Positions 1 to 10,715 are shown, counted from the first letter of the stretch. The stretch: DNA of 64,000 nt from an uncultured cyanobacterium (GCA_963718615.1 OY970368.1:1152001-1216000); one strand, 5' to 3'. Notes: generated from the sequence alone by a model not told the origin. Translations and numbers: made by a program.

Positions 1-346
1 CGATATCAGAAGCCTCTGTCTCCAACCCATAGGCCCTCGACCCCACCACGCAGCGATAAATAACGCTCTCAAAGAGGTTGTAATCCGCCAAAAAATCCTC
101 AGCTGCAGCGGAACCAATGCCCTGAAAGTGCTTGCGAATGCTAAACTCATGTCGATGCAACCGTACAAGATGCCCTGTCGGTAAATTGATTTCATAGACA
201 TGGGAATGATCCGTGGGTGCATGGGCGATCGCCCCCACCGCCCCCTTAAGACAAAGCAAATGGCCCGCACTATCCCGCTGCTCGATCCGGGTTACCACCT
301 GAGTCCCCACGGGTAAAATGAGGTTGTACGCCGCAGTCATCGTCAT
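1..346 (-). CDS. Nucleotidyltransferase (pol-beta superfamily, YcgL/RlaP-like), runs off left edge
   Basis: Not in the ORF track. Manual translation from ATG 346 (GAGGAGG SD upstream) gives MTMTAAYNLILPVG...YRCVVGSRAYGLETEASDI, containing the GSRAYG..SD motif. Confidence 0.8.
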   Translation of the reverse strand, partial: MTMTAAYNLILPVGTQVVTRIEQRDSAGHLLCLKGAVGAIAHAPTDHSHVYEINLPTGHLVRLHRHEFSIRKHFQGIGSAAAEDFLADYNLFESVIYRCVVGSRAYGLETEASDI

Positions 347-429
347 GGGTCACCTCCTCAGGCATTCAGGATTGGGCATTTTAGCCCCATGCATGTAGTA
401 TTTGCATAGTATGCGTAATACAAAAGCAG

Positions 430-1911
430 ATGTCAAACCCCGATCCTGACTCGCGATCGCCCCGTCTCAAGCTACCCGCAATCACACAATGGACCTACGG
501 CTTGGGCGAAATGGGTGTGGTTGCCCCAATTTCAGTTTCAATCTTCTTTTTGCTCTTTTTTCTAACCCAGGTTGTCGGTCTTCCCCCCGCACAGGCCGGT
601 AGCATTCTTCTACTGGGTCGCCTTTGGGATGCCATCAATGACCCTCTGATCGGCAGTCTCAGCGATGCCACCCCTGCCTTGCCTCGCTGGGGTCGCCGCT
701 ACCCCTGGCTGATTGCTAGCATCCTGCCCCTCAGCCTCACCTGTGCCCTGCAATGGTGGGTGCCGCCCTTGCACCAAACTTGGCCATTGCTCACCTACTA
801 CGGCTGTCTTTCCATTCTCAGCTATAGCTTCTTCACAACGGTTCAAATTCCCTTCACAGCCCTAGCCGCAGAACTAGCCCAGACCTACGACGATCGCACT
901 CGGCTCATGGGCTTTAAATCAGCCTTTAATCTCTTAGGCAGCATCGCTGGATTGCTATTAGCTCAAGCAATTTTTAGCCAAATTCAAGACCCCAAACAGC
1001 GATATCTAGCGTTGGGAATTGTATTAGGAATAGGAGTTCTGGTCGGCATGGCGATCGCCATCTGCGGTACCCTACCCCACTATCACCACATTCAACAACA
1101 GCAAAAGGTCACCAAACAAAAGCTTTTAGCACGATCGCAATCCTCTACCCCATCACCCCACTCCCCCCTCAAAACCCTCTTTCAAAACCGCCCCTTCCGC
1201 TGGCTCATCGGCCTTTATCTCTGCTCCTGGGTTGGCATACAAACTACCGCCGCAATTTTGCCCTACTTTGTGACCAGTTGGATGGGGTTGGCAGAACAAC
1301 AGTTTATTCAAATGGCGCTTTTGGTCCAGATTTCTTCCATTTTGGCCATGCCATTCTGGAGCTGGCTTGCCCAAAGAACCAATAAACGGCGGGTTTATCT
1401 TGTCGGGGCACCCATTGCAGTGCTGGGGCTCTTGGGGCTGTTCACAGTGCAGCCAGGGCAGATTGATTGGATGTATGGCTGGGGCTTGGTCGTCGGAATT
1501 GGCCTAGCAACCTTTTACCTCGTTCCCTTGGCAATGTTGCCGGATGTGATTGACCTAGATGCCTTTGAAGATCACCAGCGAAGATCACCAGGGGGAGGCA
1601 GCGGACAGCGGCGTGAGGGACTATTGACGAGCATCATGGTGTTCTTGCAGAAACTGGCGTTGGCGATCGCCCTTTTCCTCACAAGCACGCTGCTCGACTG
1701 GTCCGGATTGGCCACTGCCCCCGCCATTACCCAGAACACCGCCTCAAGCCTCGGACAGCCCGAATCAGCGCTATGGGCCATTCGCTGGATGATCGGGCCA
1801 TTGCCGGCGCTGATCATTGTCCTGGGGTGGGTTTGTGCTTGGTGTTATCCACTCACGCGGGAACAGCATCGGGCCATCACGATGACGAAATCATCGTCGC
1901 CGCATCCATGA
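430..1911 (+). CDS. MFS transporter, GPH/MelB-like sugar:cation symporter
   Basis: About 12 TM segments; motifs WDAINDPLIG, WGRRYPW, LPDVID..GQRREG. Confidence 0.9.
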   Translation: MSNPDPDSRSPRLKLPAITQWTYGLGEMGVVAPISVSIFFLLFFLTQVVGLPPAQAGSILLLGRLWDAINDPLIGSLSDATPALPRWGRRYPWLIASILPLSLTCALQWWVPPLHQTWPLLTYYGCLSILSYSFFTTVQIPFTALAAELAQTYDDRTRLMGFKSAFNLLGSIAGLLLAQAIFSQIQDPKQRYLALGIVLGIGVLVGMAIAICGTLPHYHHIQQQQKVTKQKLLARSQSSTPSPHSPLKTLFQNRPFRWLIGLYLCSWVGIQTTAAILPYFVTSWMGLAEQQFIQMALLVQISSILAMPFWSWLAQRTNKRRVYLVGAPIAVLGLLGLFTVQPGQIDWMYGWGLVVGIGLATFYLVPLAMLPDVIDLDAFEDHQRRSPGGGSGQRREGLLTSIMVFLQKLALAIALFLTSTLLDWSGLATAPAITQNTASSLGQPESALWAIRWMIGPLPALIIVLGWVCAWCYPLTREQHRAITMTKSSSPHP

Positions 1912-4654
1912 CCGTGCCATTCAACTCCTGGACCTCGGACATTTGGACCTCGGACAATTTGCCTTTTTTAGACGACTTACGATGACCATTCTGAGGGGCA
2001 GGGCTGGATAGAGACAGGGGTTCGGCATCCTCTGGCAGGGGATTTCGAGCGGTGATGAGTGCGATCGCCCGAGTCACACTCTCTGGGAAAATCACCACCA
2101 GACCATTGTCCGGCGCATTGTTCAAAGCCCATTCGATTGCTTCCGTTTCATCCAGTTGAACCGTGTGGGCCGTCGGCTCAGCACCATCCGCAGTCTGAAG
2201 AATGCCCTGGACAATTAACGCCGCCGCATCTCCCCGAGGCCGTCCCCGATTATCGTCGTCTTCCTTAACGATGATCTGGTCGAAAATCGTGGCAGAAAGC
2301 GCGCCCAGTTCCATCAGGTCCTCATCTCGGCGATCGCCCGGTCCCCCCACAACCCCAATGGCCGGACCCGCCCAGTTTTGGACAAAGCCCCCCACCGCTT
2401 CATAGCCTGCGGGATTGTGAGCATAGTCCACCAAGGCATGGTATCGCCCCAGATTGAATAAATTCATTCGACCCGGTGTTTGCTGGGCCGAAGCGCGGAA
2501 ACTCCGCAAGGCCGCCCGAATCGCCTCCACCGGCACCCCTTGAACAAAGGCCGCCAAACTCGCCGCTAGGGCATTGGCAATCATAAAGGGAGCCCGTCCG
2601 CCCATCGTCAGAGGCACCTGCTTCGCCTTCTCAATGCGCAGAACCCAATCCTGCTGCAAAATCGAAAGGTTGCCCTTTTCATAGACCGCTGCGACGCCGC
2701 CTCGCTGGAGATGCGATCGCACAATCGGATTCTCCGGATCCATGGAGAAATAGGCCACTTTCCCGCGAACATGATCCGCCATGGCTGCAACTCGCTCATC
2801 GTCCGCATTGAGCACTGCGTAGCCGTTTGCCTGGACCGATTCCGCGACCACAGCCTTGAGCTTGGCCATTTCGTCAATGGTGTTGATATCGCCTAGCCCC
2901 AAATGGTCCGCTGCCACATTCAAGACAATGCCCACGTCACAATGGGGAAACGCTAGTCCTGAGCGCAGAATGCCGCCCCGTGCCGTTTCCAGCACCGCAA
3001 TGTCTACGGTTGGATCCTGGAGAATCACCTGGGCACTTTGGGGGCCAGTCGTATCCCCCTGCTCAACCAAATGCTCACCCAGATAAATCCCATCCGTCGT
3101 GGTAAACCCAACCGTTTCATAAACCTCCCGTAGGATATGGGCGGTTAGGCGAGTCGTCGTGGTTTTTCCATTGGTTCCCGTCACCGCCACAAGGGGAATA
3201 CGCGTTGGCGTTCCGGGGGGGAACAGCATGTCCAAAATCGGAGCCCCCACATTGCGGGGAAAGCCTTCACTGGGCGCAACGTGCATCCGCAACCCCGGTG
3301 CAGCATTGACTTCTACAATGACGCCATCGACTTCGCCCATGGGCTTAGAAATATCCGGGGTGACCACGTCAATCCCTGCAATATCCAGTCCAATAATGCG
3401 AGACACCCGTTCTGCAATCCAAACGGTTTCTGGATGGATTTCATCGGTGCGATCGATCGCCACCCCCCCCGTACTCAGATTCGCCGTTGCCCGCAGATAG
3501 GCAATTTCCCCCGGTTCTAACACCGTATCTAGGCTATAGCCCTGACGGCTGAGCAACTCATCGGTGGTGCGATCGAGCTGAATTTGGGTCAGGATATTGT
3601 CGTGGCCTTCCCCCCGGCGAGGGTCGCGGTTTTCGCGATTCACCAGCGCTTCAATCGTATCTTGGCCATTGCCCACCACATGGGCCGGTATGCGTTCGGC
3701 CACCGCGACGACTTTGTGGTTAACCACCAGAATTCGATGGTCTCGTCCCTGGTAAAAATGCTCCACAATCACGCCACTGGACACCTCGCGGGCTAGGTCA
3801 TAGGCGGCTTCCGCTTCTTCCCCGTTGCGAATATCAATGGTGATGCCTCGACCATGGTTCCCGTTGAGTGGCTTAACCACCACGGGATAGCCCCCGAGGC
3901 GATCGATTGCTTCCTCCAGTTCACTCAAATAGTAAACCACCGCCCCCCGAGGGACCGGCACGCCAGCATTGCCGAGAATCTGCTTCGTACTTTCCTTATC
4001 ACAGGCAAGCTCGACCCCCAAAACATTGCTGCGGCTGGTGAGGGAGGCTTGCACCCGCTGTTGATATTTGCCATAGCCAAATTGCAAAAGATTGCGAGTT
4101 TCTAGGGCGATCCAGGGAATGTCGCGGGCTTCCGCCTCGCGCACCAGGGCTTCGGTGCTCGGCCCTAGGGCCGCCGCCACCCGCAACTCCCTCAGGTCAT
4201 CTAAATCTTTTTCGAGCTCTGCTCGGGGATAGCTGCCGGTCTCCACCAGGCTTTGGCACAGGCGAAACGCGGCCCGCGCTGCATAGCGACCGGCTTCTTC
4301 TGTTTCGTACTGAAAAAGAACCTGATACACCCCAGGGGTTGAGGTTTCACGGGTGCGGCCAAAGCCGACGGGCATATCCGCCAGGGTCTGAAGCTCTAGG
4401 GCCACATGCTCTAGGATATGGCCCATCATCGTGCCTTCTCGGACCCGGCTCAGGAACCCCCCCCGGCAACCCGGTGAGCAAAAGTGTTCCTCTAGGCTCG
4501 GCAAGACGGCCACGAGTCCTTCATAGAATCCAGGCAAAGTATCAGACGGGCGATCGGCCAAGTCTTCCAAATCCAGGCGGACGAGGATGAGCTTGCCATA
4601 ACGAATGCTCCAATAATTGGGGCCGCGAAGGGTTTGGGTTTTGAGGATTTTCAT
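1877..4654 (-). CDS. cphA: Cyanophycin synthetase
   Basis: MKILKTQTLRGPNYWS start; ATP-grasp plus Mur-ligase domains (VTGTNGKTTT, DYAHNPAG); adjacent to cphB. Confidence 0.97.
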   Translation of the reverse strand: MKILKTQTLRGPNYWSIRYGKLILVRLDLEDLADRPSDTLPGFYEGLVAVLPSLEEHFCSPGCRGGFLSRVREGTMMGHILEHVALELQTLADMPVGFGRTRETSTPGVYQVLFQYETEEAGRYAARAAFRLCQSLVETGSYPRAELEKDLDDLRELRVAAALGPSTEALVREAEARDIPWIALETRNLLQFGYGKYQQRVQASLTSRSNVLGVELACDKESTKQILGNAGVPVPRGAVVYYLSELEEAIDRLGGYPVVVKPLNGNHGRGITIDIRNGEEAEAAYDLAREVSSGVIVEHFYQGRDHRILVVNHKVVAVAERIPAHVVGNGQDTIEALVNRENRDPRRGEGHDNILTQIQLDRTTDELLSRQGYSLDTVLEPGEIAYLRATANLSTGGVAIDRTDEIHPETVWIAERVSRIIGLDIAGIDVVTPDISKPMGEVDGVIVEVNAAPGLRMHVAPSEGFPRNVGAPILDMLFPPGTPTRIPLVAVTGTNGKTTTTRLTAHILREVYETVGFTTTDGIYLGEHLVEQGDTTGPQSAQVILQDPTVDIAVLETARGGILRSGLAFPHCDVGIVLNVAADHLGLGDINTIDEMAKLKAVVAESVQANGYAVLNADDERVAAMADHVRGKVAYFSMDPENPIVRSHLQRGGVAAVYEKGNLSILQQDWVLRIEKAKQVPLTMGGRAPFMIANALAASLAAFVQGVPVEAIRAALRSFRASAQQTPGRMNLFNLGRYHALVDYAHNPAGYEAVGGFVQNWAGPAIGVVGGPGDRRDEDLMELGALSATIFDQIIVKEDDDNRGRPRGDAAALIVQGILQTADGAEPTAHTVQLDETEAIEWALNNAPDNGLVVIFPESVTRAIALITARNPLPEDAEPLSLSSPAPQNGHRKSSKKGKLSEVQMSEVQELNGTVMDAATMISSS

Positions 4655-4739
4655 AAGCGTTAAGGAGCGTTGGACAGGCTCCACATGAATTCAATGCAAC
4701 CTTGAGTTTTCAAAAGCATTCAAAAGCATTCAAAGCCCT

Positions 4740-5579
4740 TTAGAGGACTACACGATTGCGATAATCGTAGCGATCGCCCTGGCTGAGCACATGAATCCGG
4801 AGGTTATGCAAGCTCAGGGGAGCAGCCTCATCGACTTCAGCATGATTGGTACGGGTCAGTTGACCCGGATCGATCACGGTAATCGCTCCTTTGCCCAGCA
4901 CCTGAAAAGTGCCATTTCCATCCAGGGCTGCGCAGGTGTCTTCATCGATACCAATCCCAAGCTTGTCGGGCACAGCTGCGACTGCGCTCATCAAACGAGC
5001 CATACGGTTACGGTTGTGGAAATGCTGATCGACAACCAACTCAGGGATAATACCCAAACCCTCCGTTAGATCTACCAAGGATTTATTCGGGGATTCGCCG
5101 CTGCTTCCCCCAGCGATCATCGTCTCACCCATCATTGCGGCCCCAGCACTCGTACCAGCCAGGACCAGTTTGCCTAACTTGATTTTAGCCTGGATTATTT
5201 TAAGAAGCTCAGTTCCGCCAATGAGACTACACAGACGCAACTGATCACCTCCGGTGACAAAAACCCCGGTACAGTCGTTCAAGATATCCAACCAGCGAGC
5301 TTCATCACATTCGTTGCGGTAACGGATATCCAGGATTTGAACCTGTTGAGCTCCCATGCCTTGAAAAATTTGGTAGTAGCGATCGCCCACAATGCTGGGC
5401 TCCCGCGAAGCGCAGGGGATCACACCGATAACGGCACTGCTCCCTCCAGCACTTTCAAAAAAGGCGGTTAAGATATCGCACCCATTGACTTTATCCTCTG
5501 CCCCACCAATGACCATCACTGGGTACTGGGTCGAAATCGCCATAGACCTTTGAGCTAAACGAGATTCCAATTCCAGCAT
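4740..5579 (-). CDS. cphB: Cyanophycinase
   Basis: IGGAEDK, GGDQ, GTSAGA nucleophile, DQHFHNRNR, GIDEDT. Confidence 0.97.
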   Translation of the reverse strand: MLELESRLAQRSMAISTQYPVMVIGGAEDKVNGCDILTAFFESAGGSSAVIGVIPCASREPSIVGDRYYQIFQGMGAQQVQILDIRYRNECDEARWLDILNDCTGVFVTGGDQLRLCSLIGGTELLKIIQAKIKLGKLVLAGTSAGAAMMGETMIAGGSSGESPNKSLVDLTEGLGIIPELVVDQHFHNRNRMARLMSAVAAVPDKLGIGIDEDTCAALDGNGTFQVLGKGAITVIDPGQLTRTNHAEVDEAAPLSLHNLRIHVLSQGDRYDYRNRVVL

Positions 5580-5786
5580 AGAAAACTATTCCCAGGATTT
5601 GATCAAAATTTAGGATTAAAGCCATGCAAAAGGCCGATAAGTTAGCGCCATGCAAAAATATGGCTTGGTAAAATGACCTTATCAAGAAGGTTTGGTGCAG
5701 TTTTGTATTGGATTTGACTTATCGAAGAGTTAATGCTGCATCTTAAGCCTATTTAAACCGGGTAAACCGGCTATCGAGTTGACAAG

Positions 5787-6449
5787 ATGAGCTTCAGCAG
5801 TATGCTCGCTTTATTTGGAGCCCTCTTGGTGCTGGCCGCGCTGCCGAGTTTGAGCGTCTTGACGGTGGTGGCGAGAACTACGGCGGCTGGCTTTTGGCAG
5901 GGGGCGGTTACGGCGCTGGGGATCGTTGTGGGAGATGTGGTGTTTATTTGGGTGGCGATCTACGGCTTGTCGGCGATCGCCACTACCCTAGGAGGGCTCT
6001 TTTTTCTCGTCAAGTATTTGGGGGCTGCCTATCTGATGGTTTTGGGGGTTGCCCTGTGGCGATCGAACAGTCGTTGCAGCCGGGGATCCAACCTAACTGA
6101 GCTGGAAACCAGGGATGCGGGGGGAGGGGGCCTAGACGTAAAAAGCTCGCGGTCTGTTTGGCTATCCAGTTTCCTCAGCGGGCTCTTGCTGACCCTGGGT
6201 GACCAAAAAGCAATTTTGTTTTATATGGGATTTTTCCCGGCTTTTCTGGATTTGACCCAGGTCTCGCTGCGGGAGGCCTGGGGGATTGTGGCGATCGCCA
6301 TCCTCGCGGTGGGGGGCGTCAAACTGGTCTATGCCTATCTCGCCAGCCAAGCCCGCTTGCTGTTCCAAAACCCCCGTGCAACCCAGGTGCTCAATCAAAT
6401 TGCGGGGAGCCTGATGATCGGCACAGGTATCTATTTGATAACCAAGTGA
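5787..6449 (+). CDS. LysE/RhtB family translocator
   Basis: Hydrophobic; GIVVGD, KYLGAAYL..G, K.ILFY..FFPAF motifs. Confidence 0.9.
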   Translation: MSFSSMLALFGALLVLAALPSLSVLTVVARTTAAGFWQGAVTALGIVVGDVVFIWVAIYGLSAIATTLGGLFFLVKYLGAAYLMVLGVALWRSNSRCSRGSNLTELETRDAGGGGLDVKSSRSVWLSSFLSGLLLTLGDQKAILFYMGFFPAFLDLTQVSLREAWGIVAIAILAVGGVKLVYAYLASQARLLFQNPRATQVLNQIAGSLMIGTGIYLITK

Positions 6450-6489
6450 TGATTGTCAAGTCAACAAGGCGTCATTCCATTCACCCAGA

Positions 6490-7635
6490 TTGCTCAACCA
6501 AGAAGGCCAAGCTCAATTTGAAATCGGTTCTGCATTCTTTCGCCCCCAGGCTCAAACCGCCCGAGAATTAGGGCTGCTCGCCGCTGCGGTGCATCGGGCC
6601 GAAGTCGGACAATTGCGGGTTCTAGAAGCCATGGGCGGCTGTGGAATCCGGGCGGTGCGCTATGGCCTCGAAGCCCAAGCGGATTTTGTCTGGACGAATG
6701 ACGGCAACCCTGAGGTTCAATCCACCCTCGCCGCCAATCTCGCCCGCAATCTCCCCCCAGACCGCTATTGCCTCACCCAGGAGGAAGCTGCTCGTTTGTT
6801 AGCCCGCTGTTTTGTGGCAGAGGATTTTTATGACCTGGTGGATGTGGATGCCTTTGGCAATCCCTCGGCCTACTTTGCGCCCTGCATCAGCGCCACCAAG
6901 CTGGGCGGGCTGATTTATCTCACCGGTACCGATGGCCGCGCCTTGGCCGGTCATGCACCGGAAACCAGCCTCAGAGCCTACGGAGCCTATGCCCGCAGCC
7001 ACCCCAGCGCCCAAGAGCAAGGACTACGATTGCTAATCGGAGGACTATGGCAGGCGGCGGCAGCGAGGGGATTGGGCATTGCGCCGTTGTTTTCCTACTT
7101 TGGTATCCAGACCTACCGAGTCATGGTGCGGCTGTTGCCTAGGATGCGCGAAAGTTCTGCTCCGAGTTCCGTCTATGGTTTTTTGGGATACTGCCATCAT
7201 TGCGGTGAGTATCAGTGTTTGAATTGGCGTCAACTCAGCCGCGCCCTCTGCCCACACCATTCCCCTCCCCTCCCGCTGACCCTCAGCGGTCCCCTTTGGC
7301 TGGGTCCGCTGCACAGCCAGAGGTTTCTCGGACACATGAGCCAGCAGGCCCAGGACTGGCACTGGCCCCAGCATTTGCCCTTGCTCTCGCTCATGGCGGC
7401 GGAAGCCGAACTGCCGCCCTATTTTTTCCCCCTAGGTGAGATTGGGCGACGGGGTCAGATGGATCCGCCGGGGCGCGATCGCCTCCTCCACACCCTCCAG
7501 GCCCAAGGCTACGCCGCCAGTCCCACTCACCTCTGTGCCCAGGCGCTCAAAACCAACGCCAGTTTGCACCACTGTATTCAGACCAGCCGCCAGCTCAGTC
7601 TTCCGCTCAGGCAGGACCTAAATTCGCTATCCTAG
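6490..7635 (+). CDS. Trm1-like tRNA (guanine-N2) dimethyltransferase
   Basis: AFFRP..RELG, G.GIRAVRY, DLVDVDAFG, CxxC, GPLWLGPLH. Confidence 0.85.
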   Translation: MLNQEGQAQFEIGSAFFRPQAQTARELGLLAAAVHRAEVGQLRVLEAMGGCGIRAVRYGLEAQADFVWTNDGNPEVQSTLAANLARNLPPDRYCLTQEEAARLLARCFVAEDFYDLVDVDAFGNPSAYFAPCISATKLGGLIYLTGTDGRALAGHAPETSLRAYGAYARSHPSAQEQGLRLLIGGLWQAAAARGLGIAPLFSYFGIQTYRVMVRLLPRMRESSAPSSVYGFLGYCHHCGEYQCLNWRQLSRALCPHHSPPLPLTLSGPLWLGPLHSQRFLGHMSQQAQDWHWPQHLPLLSLMAAEAELPPYFFPLGEIGRRGQMDPPGRDRLLHTLQAQGYAASPTHLCAQALKTNASLHHCIQTSRQLSLPLRQDLNSLS

Positions 7636-7800
7636 GTCAAGATTTTTACCGGAGGAGAGGACCGGAACCTTGGAACCTATGATCGGGTCAAGAGAGCGGG
7701 TTAAGACTCCCTGTCCCAGGGTGGTCCAGACAACTTATATTCGACTGGCAGAGCATGATACCTTGAGTGATCAAGGCTGGCGTGGACCTAGGAGTGAAGA

Positions 7801-8535
7801 ATGTTCGCAAGCGTATTAGATTTACTAAGGCAAGGGGGAATCACGGTTTGGTTCCTGATTGGACTATCCGTATTGTCCTTGGCCACGATTATTGAACGGT
7901 CCTGGTTTTGGGTAAGTTTACTCACCAAGGAAAAAGAAATTATTAATCAGGTGATCAGCTCGATCGCCCGTCAAGATTGGGTCTCCGCCATGGAAATTGC
8001 GCGGCGGTCCACCAGCCGCCCCATTGGCCGGTTTCTCTATGCTCCGCTCAAGCTCGCGAACCCTGATCCAGAAGTCTTTCGCTTGGCCCTCGAAGCCTCC
8101 GCTGATGAAGAGCTAGTGGCCATGCGACGGGGCGACAAAATCCTGGAAGCGGTGATTGCGCTTTCGCCCCTGCTAGGGCTGCTGGGTACTGTCTTGGGTC
8201 TAATAAAATCCCTCGGTAATATTCGCCTGGGAGATTTGGGCACCTCCTCCACTGCGGGCGTATCCGTGGGGATTGGCCAAGCGCTGTTTAGTACGGCAGT
8301 GGGTCTGATTATTGCGATCGTTAGCCTTGCCTTCTACCGGCTCTTTCAGGGTCTAGTGTTTTACCAGGCCAAAATCCTACAGCGGGCAGGCAACGATTTG
8401 GAACTGCTCTATCGTCAAGCTTGGTCCCAAACCGGTGGCAATCTCTTACCTGGCGTGCTCAATCACCCTGCTGCCCAGGAAGCCAGCGTACCCGTAAAAG
8501 GGGGATTTACCAAGGCCAATGGTCCGAAGTCCTAA
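7801..8535 (+). CDS. exbB: MotA/TolQ/ExbB proton channel protein
   Basis: SPLLGLLGTV, ALFSTAVGL motifs; upstream of exbD. Confidence 0.9.
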   Translation: MFASVLDLLRQGGITVWFLIGLSVLSLATIIERSWFWVSLLTKEKEIINQVISSIARQDWVSAMEIARRSTSRPIGRFLYAPLKLANPDPEVFRLALEASADEELVAMRRGDKILEAVIALSPLLGLLGTVLGLIKSLGNIRLGDLGTSSTAGVSVGIGQALFSTAVGLIIAIVSLAFYRLFQGLVFYQAKILQRAGNDLELLYRQAWSQTGGNLLPGVLNHPAAQEASVPVKGGFTKANGPKS

Positions 8536-8612
8536 TCCGATGTTCCAGTCGGCAGTCATAGCCCAGTCGGCATAGCCCAGTCGGCATTTATAGCATTGAG
8601 GCGATCGCATCC

Positions 8613-9179
8613 ATGAAATTGGATTTTGAGAACAAGACGGAGGACGTGCGGATTGAGCTGATTCCGCTGATTGACGTCATTTTTTGTATTTTGATTTTCT
8701 TTATTTTGGCGGCGCTACAGCTCACCCGTCAGCAGGCAATTAATGTAAACCTGCCGCAGTCTTCGACCTCGGCGCTGCAAAGCCAGCAAACCCTTGTGGT
8801 GAGCATCGACTCGATTGGTCAGGTCTATGTCGATCGCACCCCCGTTTCCGAGGACCAGCTCTATTTGCTCCTAGAGGGCTATCACCGCACGACCCCCCAG
8901 GGCTTGATGGTGCTCTATGCGGATCGCTCGGCTATCTACGACGATGTGGTGCGGGTGCTGGATTTGATGCGGTCTGTGGGGGGCGATCGCGTTGCCCTTG
9001 CAACCCAGCCCGGTCAAAGCGTTCCCAGCAACACCCTACCCGGCGCATTCCCTGGCCTACCCGGTGGTTCTCAGCCTCCGGCAACTCCCAATGACGGTAC
9101 TGCCATCCCGCCAACCGTGCCGGAACTTCCTGGCTTGCCCGGTCTAGAGCCCCCGCCTGACCCTGGGGTTCAACCCTAA
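8613..9179 (+). CDS. exbD: ExbD/TolR biopolymer transport protein with Pro-rich tail
   Basis: PLIDVIFCIL TM motif, AD..Y..VV.VLD. Confidence 0.9.
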   Translation: MKLDFENKTEDVRIELIPLIDVIFCILIFFILAALQLTRQQAINVNLPQSSTSALQSQQTLVVSIDSIGQVYVDRTPVSEDQLYLLLEGYHRTTPQGLMVLYADRSAIYDDVVRVLDLMRSVGGDRVALATQPGQSVPSNTLPGAFPGLPGGSQPPATPNDGTAIPPTVPELPGLPGLEPPPDPGVQP

Positions 9180-10169
9180 AAACTGTTGCTTATCCATCAT
9201 GGCCATGATGGCGGGTAAATCGACGGAAATGCGATCGCGCAAACCCAACTGCTCCACTGCCGCCGAGAATGCCTGTCCCCGTGCCATACGGTAGCCAATT
9301 TCGGCAATTTCGGCCCAAGTGAGCGTACTTTCGAGATACCCCTTGGCGACGCGGGTGAGCAAAAACTCGGGCTGGGAATCGGTTTGTTGCGGCAGCATCC
9401 CGTGGGGGAGATCCGGTACGCCATTAAAGCTGAGATACCAGGTTTGAGGCTGATAGCGCAGGACACGTTTGAACAGCAGGCCGTGGTTTTGGGGGGCGAT
9501 CGCCCCATCGCTTGCGCTAGCAACTACAAACATCGATTGCAAGGGCTCAAACTGGGCCACCCGCACCACCTCTTCTCCCATTTCCAAAAAGAGCTGTAGG
9601 GCAGGCATGGCAAAGCCTCCATACCCTGGTAACTCCGGGGCTTCGCGGGGGCGTATCCATTCGTGGTAGCGGTTAATTTTGCGGGTGAATTGTTGGATGA
9701 CGCGATCGCTCTCTGCTAAATAGGGTGCAAGTAGGAGGGTTTTGGCGATCGCCCGAGGCTGGTCCAGCGTCAGCCAAGCGGCTAGGGTTGCTCCCCCCGC
9801 TAGCCCCCCGACCACCACCTGCTGCCCCAAGGTCTGAGCCTGTTGAAGCCAGTCCCGTGCAAAGGTTTGATAGGTTTGGGCCTCTGTTGGCAGGGGCGGC
9901 AGGCTGAACGGTCCCCAGTCTCCGGCAAGACCATGGTTGGGTAGGAGGGGGACTAAAACGTTGTAACCGGCGCGAAACAGCGCCTGGGCCAGGGCCAAAA
10001 ACTGGTAGGGGGCTGCGGTAAACCCATGAAATAACAGACAGACCTTAGGGGTGGGTTGGGGATGCAAAAACATAATAGGCCGACAGCGCGGATTGCGTAG
10101 CGGTGCTAGGTTGGCCTGCTGGGTGGCGGTTTGAATGAGGGCTTGGGTGACCTGGGCGTAGTCGGGCAT
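9144..10169 (-). CDS. Alpha/beta hydrolase fold protein (nucleophile position Ala)
   Basis: FHGFTA oxyanion motif, LP.HG, elbow GGLAGG; start chosen at MPDY. Confidence 0.75.
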   Translation of the reverse strand: MPDYAQVTQALIQTATQQANLAPLRNPRCRPIMFLHPQPTPKVCLLFHGFTAAPYQFLALAQALFRAGYNVLVPLLPNHGLAGDWGPFSLPPLPTEAQTYQTFARDWLQQAQTLGQQVVVGGLAGGATLAAWLTLDQPRAIAKTLLLAPYLAESDRVIQQFTRKINRYHEWIRPREAPELPGYGGFAMPALQLFLEMGEEVVRVAQFEPLQSMFVVASASDGAIAPQNHGLLFKRVLRYQPQTWYLSFNGVPDLPHGMLPQQTDSQPEFLLTRVAKGYLESTLTWAEIAEIGYRMARGQAFSAAVEQLGLRDRISVDLPAIMAMMDKQQFLGLNPRVRRGL

Positions 10170-10376
10170 GCAGTCATCAAACGCAATGGGGGTGATCCTA
10201 GTGTAAGACTGGGCGGTTTGGCTAGGGAGAGGGATGCCGGTTTTATGTGGGGTGGAGAGCCCTGGTTGCAGGTCTCCCTGTCGTCCTTTCCCAGGCGTGA
10301 TCTTTAGCATTTGACATCGCCTCCAAAGGGGTCTTCGGCTACAATAGGGGCAATCTGTTCATGCTTGGATTTTGCC

Positions 10377-10709
10377 ATGCTCCTTGTTCCCACAACTGAG
10401 CCTATACCGCTAAAGACTGACGATTCGGGTGTAATTCGTGTGGGTCAAACTCGGGTGACGTTGGACACGGTGGTTACTGCGTTTTTAACGGGTTGCATGG
10501 CGGAGGAAATTTGGGAACAGTATCCATCGCTTCAGCTTTCTGATGTTTACTCGGTGATTGGATATTATCTGCGTCACCAGCAAGAAGTGGATGCGTATCT
10601 GGCAGAACGGCGGCGGCTGGCGGCAAAGGTTCGTGGCGAGGCTGAGTTGCGGTTTAATCCTGTGGGTGTACGCTATCGCCTCCTGGCCCGACGCGAGGCC
10701 CAAGGATAA
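10377..10709 (+). CDS. DUF433 domain protein (putative antitoxin)
   Basis: IRVGQTRVTLDTVV..F..G...EEI..QYPSL.LSDVY..I.YYL. Confidence 0.9.
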   Translation: MLLVPTTEPIPLKTDDSGVIRVGQTRVTLDTVVTAFLTGCMAEEIWEQYPSLQLSDVYSVIGYYLRHQQEVDAYLAERRRLAAKVRGEAELRFNPVGVRYRLLARREAQG

Positions 10710-10715
10710 GCCCAG

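Noticed and set aside
5705-5718. NtcA box upstream of cphB
   Set aside because: Only GTA-N8-GAC, an imperfect match that could arise by chance
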